Positions 11,129 to 20,342 of a DNA stretch of 64,000 nt are shown piece by piece. The translations under genes were made by a program, and so were the position numbers. Numbering within the stretch: the first letter of the stretch is position 1; the number at the start of each line of letters is the position of its first letter. The notes under the pieces were generated by a model, which saw only the letters and a program-made list of their open reading frames with translations, ran no database searches and was not told where the DNA came from. The DNA comes from a virus (Duplodnaviria > Caudoviricetes): the IMG/VR virus record IMGVR_UViG_3300005546_000002, positions 1 to 64,000 of that record; one strand, 5' to 3'.

Positions 11129-11318
11129 GCAGCAAAGCGCCTATCGTCAAGATTGTTAAGCGGAGCGCCCTCGCCTTCTTCGCCCGGCGAGGCGAACGCT
11201 TTTGGGTTTACCTGTCTTGCGGACACATGGAGAAAATGACTCGCACAGAAGCCCGAACAAAGAACGTAGCTTGCTGGGACTGTTATTATCATAAACCGAC
11301 TGTTTGGGAGGGGAAGAA

Positions 11319-12953
11319 ATGAATCTCAAGATTAAAGTACCGATACTCAAAGAGCTAGTAAAAACGCATAAGCGCCAGTTCATGGAAGACGCGCTGCGCT
11401 ACAAAGACGATTCTCGAACGCTAGAAATTGAAGCCGAGCGCTTTACGGATTCCGAGATAGATGCGCTACTGGACATAGCGCAGGAACACGGAGAAACGGC
11501 GCTAGCGAGACAGATTAAGACCTACATGCTGCTACTAGGCGACCCGAGCGGCACCAAGGTCACAAAGCTGGAAGCGCTCCAAACCGCTCTCAGACAGTTC
11601 ATAGGCGAGACGGAACATAAGTGGCTGTTTCGGGGATCATCCGAAGGGCAGATGCTTCCCTACTACGTTACCGACATCGCCTACGTTCCGGGTCAGCCAC
11701 ACTACCCCGCCCACGTCGTAGTTAATCTCGGCTCAGACTATCGAGGAGAAAAGAAGGAAGAGCGAATTCATTACTGGCGAGACGATCTCAAAGGCGGCAA
11801 GCTCGTATCCGACGTACTTAAACAGAAACAATATTTCCGCGAAACACCGGCGCTTGTTGACGCCTATCTTTGCGAGATGGACAAGTATTCTGAAATCTGC
11901 TCGCGGACCGGAGCTCAATTCCTTGCAACCGGATTCGCAACGATTTCAGATGGACGCTGGTGGAGCACGTCTTTACAGTCGATGGAGCGAGACGGGATTC
12001 CTACTCGCGTAGTTATGGACGATCAATTCGAACGAAAGCAAAGCCGAAGCAGCCGAAGCAGCCGGGAGAGTACGATTATTTCAGACCTCTATTGGACTAA
12101 GCGGCGCAACAAAGACGACGACGAAGATGAACAGGAATCAGGCGGAGTAGCGCTCCCCGTTCATCCCTTCCTTCAAGTCTACGACCTGCGCGAGTATCGC
12201 TACGTGGAAATTCACGTAACAAACCTAGCGTCTTATGTCTACGACGAGACAATAGGCGACAAGCTAGTACTCCCGAAACCGAAGCGAGACTTGATTGATA
12301 TCCTCGTTCGTTCTTCCGGCGAAGTCTTAGAAGACATTGTGCGCGGGAAAACGGGTGGAGTCATTGTGATAGCAACGGGCTCGCCCGGCACGGGCAAGAC
12401 CCTGTCAGCAGAAGTCTTCGCTGAAATTATTCATAAGCCGCTCTATACCGTCCAATGTTCTCAGTTAGGAACCAACCCGGACGCTCTGGAAAAGGAGCTT
12501 ACAGCCGTCCTCGAACGCGCAACTCGTTGGCAAGCCATCTTGCTGTTAGATGAAGCGGACGTGTACGTGAAGGCTCGCGGTAATAACATCAAGCAGAACG
12601 CAATCGTAGGCGTGTTTCTGCGCGTTCTCGAATACTACAGAGGCGTCTTGTTCATGACCAGCAATCGAGAGACAGAGATAGACGATGCGATTATGAGTCG
12701 GGCGACCGCTTGGATTAGATACGAGAAGCCGGAACCGGAAGAGCTGGTAAGAATATGGACGGTCCTCGCGGAGCAGTTTAATATAGTCCTTGCTCCTAAC
12801 CAAGTCGAAGAGCTTCTTACGATGTTCCCGAACATCTCCGGCAGGAATGTGAAGAACCTATTGAAGCTCGCCGGATTGTTAGCCCTCAACCAAGAACGGC
12901 TGGTTACGCCCGAACTAATTCAATACGTCAGCCAGTTCCAAGACCTAAGATAA
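11319..12953 (+). CDS. AAA+ ATPase
   Basis: Walker A GSPGTGKT, Walker B LLLDEAD, sensor/Arg-finger region MTSNR...DDAIMSR. Confidence 0.9.
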   Translation: MNLKIKVPILKELVKTHKRQFMEDALRYKDDSRTLEIEAERFTDSEIDALLDIAQEHGETALARQIKTYMLLLGDPSGTKVTKLEALQTALRQFIGETEHKWLFRGSSEGQMLPYYVTDIAYVPGQPHYPAHVVVNLGSDYRGEKKEERIHYWRDDLKGGKLVSDVLKQKQYFRETPALVDAYLCEMDKYSEICSRTGAQFLATGFATISDGRWWSTSLQSMERDGIPTRVVMDDQFERKQSRSSRSSRESTIISDLYWTKRRNKDDDEDEQESGGVALPVHPFLQVYDLREYRYVEIHVTNLASYVYDETIGDKLVLPKPKRDLIDILVRSSGEVLEDIVRGKTGGVIVIATGSPGTGKTLSAEVFAEIIHKPLYTVQCSQLGTNPDALEKELTAVLERATRWQAILLLDEADVYVKARGNNIKQNAIVGVFLRVLEYYRGVLFMTSNRETEIDDAIMSRATAWIRYEKPEPEELVRIWTVLAEQFNIVLAPNQVEELLTMFPNISGRNVKNLLKLAGLLALNQERLVTPELIQYVSQFQDLR

Positions 12954-12982
12954 GTCACGTTGACATTGACGGAGGAACAAAG

Positions 12983-13339
12983 ATGAAACCCGCACAAGAA
13001 ATCGGAGCCTCGCTAGTTATACTGGGGTTCTCTCTCCAAAGCAACACTGAGAAAGAGAACGGACGACTCAGCATCTTTCAACGCGGAACACAACGAGTCC
13101 TGCTAATCGAGGAAGGCGACCTATTCTCTGTCTTGGAAGTCGTCGGGACGATCAATGCCGGAACAGTTGAGGGCTCGAACTGTTTGGCGCTCAGGAAGGA
13201 ACTAAACCTACGATTCCACGATCACGTAAAAGCCTTCTGCAAAAAGTCCGGGAAGGTCGTTACACTAAGATCGGGCGAGCCCTGCCCGCGCTGTGAGATA
13301 ATTCCTGCCCTATCAGAGTCCGGCACCCTCTCACACTGA
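12983..13339 (+). CDS. Hypothetical protein
   Basis: SD GGAGG; last gene of the plus-strand island. Confidence 0.6.
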   Translation: MKPAQEIGASLVILGFSLQSNTEKENGRLSIFQRGTQRVLLIEEGDLFSVLEVVGTINAGTVEGSNCLALRKELNLRFHDHVKAFCKKSGKVVTLRSGEPCPRCEIIPALSESGTLSH

Positions 13340-13463
13340 AACTCCCGCTCTCGACAACGATCACAGCCGTAGCGCTGAATAAACGCGGCAAGCTCCGGGA
13401 CGTTGGTAAGCGTCGCCCCGGAGCATCGTGGACAGACTTGAAATATGAATTGAAACTCAGGCG

Positions 13464-14138
13464 TCATTCTTCACCAACAAGATCATCGAATAGGAACGAC
13501 TGACTGAGGCGTTTGATCGTTATATCCAGATACTCCGCACATACATCTATGCCGATGAACTTGCAGCCGTTCTTTCGGGCCATCTTGCCTACGGTTCCGC
13601 TGCCGCACATCGGGTCAAGGATTGTGTCACCGGGATTGCTCCAGCTTTTGATATCACCACGCGACTTTTTCTCCAAAAACCGTTTCTTTACCTGTCCGTG
13701 ATAGATAGTCCGTTCCTGAATTAGATTGATTGTTTTGGGCGCGCCCTTCGAAAAGATGAACATGAACTCAAATGCCGACACATAGCGCACCTTGGTTATT
13801 TGCGGGGTCGGATTAGTCTTATAATAGATCATCGTGTCGTGCAGATTGAACCCGCACGCATCTTTGAAGTACAAAGCCTGTCTAAAACTCGTCCCTGTCT
13901 CGCTTCCATCAACCGTCGCATCGCCCACAATCCAGACAACCACGCCGCCCGGTTTCGTCACGCGATAGAGTTCCTTTGCGATTGTTTCAAAGTCAAACTC
14001 ATAGCCTTGATAGCTTCTGAGGTTATCGTATGGAGGACTTGTTACAGTGAGATCGACTGGCTCAAGATACGGAAGGATTAACTCGGCTCGCCCATGATAG
14101 AGCGTTACCCGCTCGTCGCTGTAGTACGCCTCAGTCAT
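13464..14138 (-). CDS. Beta-class N4-C/N6-A DNA methyltransferase, possibly internally deleted
   Basis: TSPPY and DPMCGSGT present; the usual HPAxFP segment before SNPGD is absent. Confidence 0.8.
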   Translation of the reverse strand: MTEAYYSDERVTLYHGRAELILPYLEPVDLTVTSPPYDNLRSYQGYEFDFETIAKELYRVTKPGGVVVWIVGDATVDGSETGTSFRQALYFKDACGFNLHDTMIYYKTNPTPQITKVRYVSAFEFMFIFSKGAPKTINLIQERTIYHGQVKKRFLEKKSRGDIKSWSNPGDTILDPMCGSGTVGKMARKNGCKFIGIDVCAEYLDITIKRLSQSFLFDDLVGEE

Positions 14139-14771
14139 CTAGTCTTCGCCTCCAACAAGATTACTCATCAGATGCCCGCTTGTTTTAGCATACTCTACCG
14201 GATCACGATCTCCCTTGCTCGAATTACATGACTGACAGACCGCCCGCGTGTTGCGCTTACTATGCTCCCCGCCTCCGTTGTGCGCCTCTGAATGATCCCC
14301 CGTAGCGTAGTCGTCCGCGTTTGAGTCGAACAACTGAAGCCTCTTTGGACAATCCGCGCACTTACCCTTCTGACGAATGAACGCGGCCTCTACCCAAGCT
14401 CTCGGAATAGCCTTCCTCTTTTGCGGACTCGCCAGCACGTTCGACCCGGCCTTCATGAACCGTTTGATCGCAACTGATACGTTCGTTATCCCCTCGCCTT
14501 CGGCCCGTCGCTTCAAGAACGCAAACACATCCTCGTCGTCAATCTCCGTAACCAGCCCCGCCAATCCGACCGCTAGCTGATGCGCCATCCATTCAGCCTC
14601 CGACTTGTCGCTATAAGAGAGCCCGTTGATACCGAAGCTTTGAACGCCTACTTTGAGCCATACGCTAAACGGCTCCTGTTCCGTACCGCATCCAAGGTCT
14701 TCGCCTTTACCCAGTTCCCGGACCTGAGTAAAGTCGCGCTCGATCCGCTCTATCAATTCGTCTTTCGACAT
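14139..14771 (-). CDS. Protein with C-terminal HNH domain
   Basis: CADC...GDH...GG...N...CQSCNSSKG. Confidence 0.8.
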   Translation of the reverse strand: MSKDELIERIERDFTQVRELGKGEDLGCGTEQEPFSVWLKVGVQSFGINGLSYSDKSEAEWMAHQLAVGLAGLVTEIDDEDVFAFLKRRAEGEGITNVSVAIKRFMKAGSNVLASPQKRKAIPRAWVEAAFIRQKGKCADCPKRLQLFDSNADDYATGDHSEAHNGGGEHSKRNTRAVCQSCNSSKGDRDPVEYAKTSGHLMSNLVGGED

Positions 14772-15100
14772 TCGCTCAAGCCCCTTCAGTCGCTATCCGC
14801 TCAGGTTCTATCCTACAAACTCTCGCCCTCGATAAGTCCGATATATCAAAGTCTTTGAAGAAATGCTTAAGAGCATCACGAACCTGTTCAACGGTCGGCC
14901 AACCGGATTCTTCCGAGAAGCCGCATGATAACCAGCCCCGATTCATCATCTCCATAACCGGCATATCACCGAATGCCATGCGATAAGCTCTGAGCATCAG
15001 GCGGTCACTTGGAAGCTGCCTATAACCGCAGCTTGGACAAGGTTTCATCTACCTATCAGTCCTTATCAGAAATAGTTACGTTGACGTGGCTGAAACGCGA

Positions 15101-15204
15101 GATTTGCGTTTTAAGCGTCTTTTCCGTCATAATCCATACCTTACTATGCCTTGAGCTCCAAACGTGCCTTAAATCGCCCCGTAACGCCAGCAATCGCTAT
15201 TTCT
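15101..15204. repeat. Intergenic element of about 105 bp, copy B
   Basis: GATTTGCGTTTTAAGCG ... CCAAACGTGCCTTAAATCGCC ... AACGCCAGCAATCGCTATT. Confidence 0.8.
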
Positions 15205-15632
15205 ACGTCTCTTCTTTCTTACTCTTCCGCAATATCTGTACCACGGACTCAACAGCCGCGTTATATTCAACTTCCTCGATCCCGCCGCCGCCCGGTCCGA
15301 AAGCCCGCTGAAGAGCCTCCGATCCAATTACCCTACGAAGAGCGGCCATGTCCTTCGGATCGTCTATGCTCGCCGTAAAAATCGGCTTGGAGCGTCGAAC
15401 GGCTTCCTTTTCGTACTCTTCCTGACAGTACAGACAGCCCCGCCCTAGACACCACCGACAATCCCTGAATGCGCCGGAGCCTTGGACTGTCAAATCTGAA
15501 TCAGGCATGATGTAGCCCCCTACGGCTTACACTTGCAATGCGATTCGCACCGACCACAACCGCCCGCGCATTTGAACCGACAATCGCAATTCGCGATATC
15601 ATACTCAGCTCCACAACAAGCGCAAACACGAG

Positions 15633-16175
15633 TCACGTTGACGTGACTAACTGCTTGAGCTTGAGCTGGTTCAGCCTCTGTTCCGTTGGATTCTCGTTTG
15701 ACCATAGTTCGTGTTCGACAACCTTCTGTATATTCGCGATCTTTGTCCTGCGGCCCCGGATAAAACCCTCCGGCTGATTACTCTGTCGCTCGCGGAACCT
15801 CCGCTGCTGCTCGCCGGGCGATACCGTCAAGATCAGGCAGCGCACGTCCGCGCCAAGCTCCCTCGCCTGTCCGAGAAACGACGCTGTGAACAACCGATCT
15901 CCCTCGAATAAGATGCACCAGTCATCGCGGTTAGAGCGCCGCATCGCCTGTAGGAATTTGATAGTCTCCGGCTGAACGGCCATACTCAGCCGGTCGGTAC
16001 CGGGAAACCGACTGTCGTCGTACACCCCAAGAATTGCCAGCTTTAGACTCTCAAAGACCACGGCCCGAATGAGCCCGCTTCTAATCCTTCTCGATTCGCC
16101 AAGCTCCGCTATCAGCCCGCCGACCAACGTGCTTTTCCCGCTACCGGGCTCTCCGCCGATTGCGATTAAACGCAT
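15633..16175 (-). CDS. P-loop kinase, putative 5-hydroxymethyluracil-DNA kinase
   Basis: IAIGGEPGSGKST Walker A, GTDRLSMAVQP, ILFEGDRLF; last gene of the modification operon; its stop codon lies inside the palindromic repeat. Confidence 0.78.
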   Translation of the reverse strand: MRLIAIGGEPGSGKSTLVGGLIAELGESRRIRSGLIRAVVFESLKLAILGVYDDSRFPGTDRLSMAVQPETIKFLQAMRRSNRDDWCILFEGDRLFTASFLGQARELGADVRCLILTVSPGEQQRRFRERQSNQPEGFIRGRRTKIANIQKVVEHELWSNENPTEQRLNQLKLKQLVTST

Positions 16176-16720
16176 AATGTCCCGTATTTCTCGTAGCGCC
16201 TCATCGAATCCGTTGGGACGAATTCCGGCCTGTCCGTTGCCCATCTCTTTCGCAGAGCGTCGATAGAGGCAGCGCCCAGCATAGACTGGTCGAACACCCA
16301 TTCGTTTTCGGTCTGCGCGACTGCGCGGGCTCCCATCCAATCCCAAAACCCTAGCCCTTCCGGGTTATCCTTGCGACACTTAAATTTGAACCGTTCGGTC
16401 TTCAACGGGTACGCTTTGAGAAGCGCCGCCTCGATCAGATTCTGCGCGAGTCTCTGACCGCGATAAGCCGGATCGACTCCAATGTAGTAGCAGTTGAGAT
16501 ATCGCTTGTTAACGGTGAAGAAATGAAATCCGACTAGAGACTCTAAGCTCGCGCCGCTCTCGGAGACCCGCAGGGCTATCAGCGGGGGAAAGTCATCCCA
16601 GTTCTTCCATCTGCGCCACGTCGCCGCAATAACGTTATCCGACCAGAGCGGGAACGTCCGCGCCAATGCTTCTACCGCTTCCCGCTCGACCAACTGAGCT
16701 GTTCTGATTTCAGTTTTCAT
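16166..16720 (-). CDS. GNAT acetyltransferase
   Basis: Acetyl-CoA binding motif IGVDPAYRGQRLA and N...FW..MG; start overlaps the upstream stop. Confidence 0.85.
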   Translation of the reverse strand: MKTEIRTAQLVEREAVEALARTFPLWSDNVIAATWRRWKNWDDFPPLIALRVSESGASLESLVGFHFFTVNKRYLNCYYIGVDPAYRGQRLAQNLIEAALLKAYPLKTERFKFKCRKDNPEGLGFWDWMGARAVAQTENEWVFDQSMLGAASIDALRKRWATDRPEFVPTDSMRRYEKYGTLCV

Positions 16721-17508
16721 GTAATACCTTTCACGAACTCCAATGCTTGTATAGCCGCTAGTACGCACCCGTTCTTCGCCCCTCCGGTGCTAACCCACAA
16801 GTTCTTTCCGAAAGATTGCAGATACCCGCCCGGAGCAACGTAAGGGCGCATTCCGAAGTTCATCCGAACCGGATTCCGTAGCCCCTGAGTCGCCGCCCGC
16901 TGTAACGTCCTGTCGTTGTAGGCATCGACGTACCTGTGATGAAGTATCGCCGTGCCATCTCCGAACCAAGTTCGGCCATCGCGGGGAAACCAAGTACACT
17001 GCTTGTAAGGCGCGTAGGTTACAATACCCGCCCCCTGCTCCCCGTCGAACTCGAAAGAGGAACCGCACAGCGCTCTCACGGGGGGCATTCTGCGTCCAAC
17101 CAGAGCCCGCGACCACACGCCAGCGGCTATCAAAACAATACCCTCATATACATTCCCCGCCGCCGTCTGGATTCGACCGGGAGACGCCTTCTCTATCCGT
17201 TCTGTCTGCGCACGGTCCTCGCATAGTACCAATTTCGGGTCCAAGACAAATCCTCGCGTCTGAGACTTCGCTGTCTTGAACTCTAAGCTTCGTAGCCCAT
17301 ACAGCCGATCCAGCAACTCCAAACTCTTGTCCGCCCTTTCCCTACCAACGCTGCTCAACCATTCGTCTTTTATCACGCAACCAGCCGCCGACGAGCCGCT
17401 ATACTCCCTCCGGTCATCGAAGACACGAACGGAGAATCCGGCCTCTTCGCAAAGCTTGGCCGCGATAGACCCGAACAGCCCGGCTCCTACTATGAGGATT
17501 TCTTGCAC
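16717..17508 (-). CDS. FAD-dependent oxidoreductase (glycine oxidase/DAO-like)
   Basis: ILIVGAGLFGS Rossmann motif, SSAAG, LIAAGVWS, GMRP, TGGAKNG. Confidence 0.88.
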   Translation of the reverse strand: MQEILIVGAGLFGSIAAKLCEEAGFSVRVFDDRREYSGSSAAGCVIKDEWLSSVGRERADKSLELLDRLYGLRSLEFKTAKSQTRGFVLDPKLVLCEDRAQTERIEKASPGRIQTAAGNVYEGIVLIAAGVWSRALVGRRMPPVRALCGSSFEFDGEQGAGIVTYAPYKQCTWFPRDGRTWFGDGTAILHHRYVDAYNDRTLQRAATQGLRNPVRMNFGMRPYVAPGGYLQSFGKNLWVSTGGAKNGCVLAAIQALEFVKGIT

Positions 17509-18263
17509 ATCAACGCCCCTTGCAAACGGGTAGCCAATGGACCCCTACCCGTTAGGCCGTGAAATATCTCTTTCGTGTCCTTACCCACCGCATAATGACC
17601 GCGCCTATGCGACTTAAACTTGCAGAAGCACGTTTCTATCTCCTGAATGTTCAGCGCCCGGTCGTACCGTGGCGGAGCTTTGCGCGAACCAATCGCATGT
17701 AAGAGCAATTGCACTGTGTCGCTGAAACTCAGGCCGGGCCTACCCCATTCCCTTGCCGCGATCTTCGCCCCCTCCACCGGCTCTTCGTAGACCCCATCCA
17801 GACGACAATCAATAAAACTCACAGATCGAGCCAGCACGCGCTCCAACATATCAGCGACCTTAAAGGTAATCCACGGGCCGAACATGGGCCAAGCTCTGAC
17901 GCGGCTTGCAACTTGCGTAAACGTCCCGTCTCCCAGAGCCTCAATCGCGTTAGCTGCCGTCCCGTAGGTATGCTTGAACCACAGAATCGAATCTCTCGCC
18001 TGAGAAGTCCTGAAGTGTCTGCGCTCCGCCCCTCTAGGCCATTTATTATCGAACGCCCACAGAGCCGTATGAAAGAAGTCCGAAGACTCCGCAATCTGTG
18101 AAGCGACTCCGGCGTGATAAAACCAGAAATAGGCCAGTAGCCATCGGTTCAATAACTCGGGTTCGAGCCCGGCTCTCCATAGCATACAATATACAGGGTC
18201 AAGGTCTTCGGTGTTCAGTAAAGCCAGTGAGAAGGCTTCGATGTTAGGGAGCTGTTCTTTCAT
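17490..18263 (-). CDS. Amino acid:DNA transferase (aGPT-Pplase2 family, HhH-glycosylase-like fold)
   Basis: TEDLDPVY, RWLLAY, PRGAERRHFR, FGPWITFKVADMLERV, QEIETCFCKFKSH..GHY..GKD; start moved to ATG 18263. Confidence 0.82.
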   Translation of the reverse strand: MKEQLPNIEAFSLALLNTEDLDPVYCMLWRAGLEPELLNRWLLAYFWFYHAGVASQIAESSDFFHTALWAFDNKWPRGAERRHFRTSQARDSILWFKHTYGTAANAIEALGDGTFTQVASRVRAWPMFGPWITFKVADMLERVLARSVSFIDCRLDGVYEEPVEGAKIAAREWGRPGLSFSDTVQLLLHAIGSRKAPPRYDRALNIQEIETCFCKFKSHRRGHYAVGKDTKEIFHGLTGRGPLATRLQGALMCKKSS

Positions 18264-18288
18264 TGCGAGATCACGTTGACGTGACTTT

Positions 18289-19140
18289 TCAATAGGCGAA
18301 CAACGAGTCGCCCGCCTTGCGGCTCTTGGCCCGTTCCAGTTCCTCGCCAGCGGAACCGCATTGGAGCATCTTCTGACGATAGTAGAACACGACGCTGATT
18401 CGTTCGTAATCCGGGGAGCCAACGATCTTCGTATTACCATGCCACTCGTGGACATCCGCGAGCAACACGTCCCCGTGTCGCATATCGACCGCCACGCGGT
18501 ATTTAGGGATTACGAAATAGCCGCCCTCGTAGCGTCCCTTCTGAAGCACAGACATAACACCAAAGCCTTCCCGCAGGTCCCCGGCGTCCTGATGAACCGC
18601 AGTCTGCCAGTTTCGATTGATGGTCAGGGTAGTAAACGCTGTTTGAGGAATAACGAAATCCGGGTGCGTGGCATCGGCTCGCTTTTTTTGAACTCCGTAA
18701 CGCTCCGGCAGTTCGCTCGCAAACACTCCGTTGACCGCCCGGATATACTCTAGCGCCTGAGCCCACTTCTCGACCTCAGTCCCGGTGAAAGCCGTCTGGC
18801 GGCAATAGGGATAGCGAGTCGTTCTCTCGAAATACCCGGCTATCGCGCTCGGGGTCGGCGGAGCATAGATCGTATTGCTTACCCTACCGTCCTTACGCAA
18901 GACCCGAAATCTCGTACCGCTCTTAGAGGCTATTGGCCTGTTCTCTAACGCGCTCATCTCCTGTACGCGTTCTTTACCTCCCGCCATTCCCCGATTAGAA
19001 CCCGTGTACTTTGTTGGCAACTCTCTCAAGGATTCATACGCCTGCCCGCACAAGACAGGAGATACACATTTCTTACGGAATTTAACCAGCGGGCTCCCGT
19101 CCGGCTTGAACACGTCCGCAATTAGATGGACGACTTTCAT
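18289..19140 (-). CDS. TET/JBP-family 2OG-Fe(II) dioxygenase
   Basis: YCRQTAF, FTTLTINRNWQTAVHQD (HxD), ADVHEWHGNT (distal His), RISVVFYYR (2OG-binding Arg); start at 19140 overlaps the upstream stop (ATGA). Confidence 0.9.
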   Translation of the reverse strand: MKVVHLIADVFKPDGSPLVKFRKKCVSPVLCGQAYESLRELPTKYTGSNRGMAGGKERVQEMSALENRPIASKSGTRFRVLRKDGRVSNTIYAPPTPSAIAGYFERTTRYPYCRQTAFTGTEVEKWAQALEYIRAVNGVFASELPERYGVQKKRADATHPDFVIPQTAFTTLTINRNWQTAVHQDAGDLREGFGVMSVLQKGRYEGGYFVIPKYRVAVDMRHGDVLLADVHEWHGNTKIVGSPDYERISVVFYYRQKMLQCGSAGEELERAKSRKAGDSLFAY

Positions 19141-19859
19141 AGCCCTGCGACCGCCCGCTTGAGGCATTCAATCACAGTATCGGTAACGCTGGATTTCTCA
19201 TACGCTCTACCAAGCTTCTCAGCGTTAGATTGGAATTCTGGAAGCGTCTCGTTGGTCAAGAATAATTGAACCATTCGAATGTGACTAGCTGGCGGCTCGT
19301 CGGTCTGAGAGTCAGAGCCCGCCCCTCCGCTGTTATTAGCTGCTGTCGTTGCTGTTTGATCGTCTTGCGCGAGCGGGTCTTCGTTGTGGGCGAGAATTAG
19401 TGCTTTCAACGCCTCGTCCTCGAACGATACTGGTAGCGACTCCGGCTCCGTGAATATCTGATACAACCCCTCATCCCAAAGCCGCAACACGTCTTGAGCC
19501 AAGAATGAGCCGCCTCCGAGTGTAAGGTTGTTATGATCCACGGCGTAAGCTTTAGCCTCCGCCTCGCTAACAGCGTCCATCCCAATCAGCGTAGGCACCA
19601 GCCATTCCCCGTCTTCTACTACAATCCCCCTCGGAGCCTCCAAGCCGCGTTCCTTCATTAATCCAAGCGCCTCAGTTCTGCCGTTCCCCTCGGCAATCCC
19701 GATATTCTCATCAATAGCCACAGGATCACGGAATCCATAGCGCTGAATTGCTCGCGCCACCTGTTCGATATCGTGCCGCTTTGCGTTCTGCGCCCACCTA
19801 CTCTTAAGCAACTCGTTCAGCGGTCGGTATACCAGAAGAAGCTGCTGCCGATCTTCCAT
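19137..19859 (-). CDS. ParB N-terminal (ParB/Srx) domain protein
   Basis: NAKRHD..Q....I.RYGFRDPVAID...IAEGNGR (GxxR), A..DHN; acidic linker and small C-terminal domain. Confidence 0.8.
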   Translation of the reverse strand: MEDRQQLLLVYRPLNELLKSRWAQNAKRHDIEQVARAIQRYGFRDPVAIDENIGIAEGNGRTEALGLMKERGLEAPRGIVVEDGEWLVPTLIGMDAVSEAEAKAYAVDHNNLTLGGGSFLAQDVLRLWDEGLYQIFTEPESLPVSFEDEALKALILAHNEDPLAQDDQTATTAANNSGGAGSDSQTDEPPASHIRMVQLFLTNETLPEFQSNAEKLGRAYEKSSVTDTVIECLKRAVAGL

Positions 19860-20031
19860 TCGTTTGGCTCCTGTTCAACCTATCAAGCCTTACATCCAAG
19901 GCGTCGCGCAACGCATCGAGAATCGTCAGATACGGTAGATGCTCCGCCTCTTCTACTGTACCATCAACTCGCTCGATCCTAAGCGGCTGGCGATAATCAA
20001 GGGGAACTGTAATCGTTAACCTCTCGCTCAT
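19804..20031 (-). CDS. Small hypothetical protein
   Basis: Overlaps both neighbours in the operon. Confidence 0.5.
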   Translation of the reverse strand: MSERLTITVPLDYRQPLRIERVDGTVEEAEHLPYLTILDALRDALDVRLDRLNRSQTNGRSAAASSGIPTAERVA

Positions 20032-20291
20032 TTTGTTCGCGGCCTTCCTCGAACCGCAAACCGCTTTGAATCCTTCCTTCCGGTCGGTCTGCCCATGCGC
20101 GGTCTATTGTTCGGGTCTTTCAGTCTCTCTACCTGCGCCCGCAGGAATCTTGGGCGGGCATACCTTCCTTCCTTACCCACGTTCACCAACGAGCCATGCT
20201 TGCACAGATGATCGATATGCGCGGGCGTGCAGCCGATAATTCTCGCTGCTTCCGTCCGTGATACCGTAATCAAACTTGGATTCGTACTCAT
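20028..20291 (-). CDS. Excisionase/MerR-like HTH DNA-binding protein with GRP (AT-hook-like) tail
   Basis: VSRTEAARIIGCTPAHIDHLCKHGSL...RF....VE; MGRP and RGRPR tail. Confidence 0.75.
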   Translation of the reverse strand: MSTNPSLITVSRTEAARIIGCTPAHIDHLCKHGSLVNVGKEGRYARPRFLRAQVERLKDPNNRPRMGRPTGRKDSKRFAVRGRPRTK

Positions 20292-20310
20292 AAAGTCACG
20301 TTGACGTGAC

Positions 20311-20331
20311 GGGACGGCCCGAAGACCGCCC
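20311..20331 (-). terminator. UUCG-capped hairpin after the DUF932 gene
   Basis: Minus strand GGGCGGTC-TTCG-GGCCGTCCC; no clear U tract. Confidence 0.4.
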
Positions 20332-20342
20332 AGTCGCCAATC

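Noticed and set aside
19137-19859. ParABS plasmid-prophage partition system
   Set aside because: No ParA in the window; the ParB-N gene is coupled to the dioxygenase and lacks an evident central HTH
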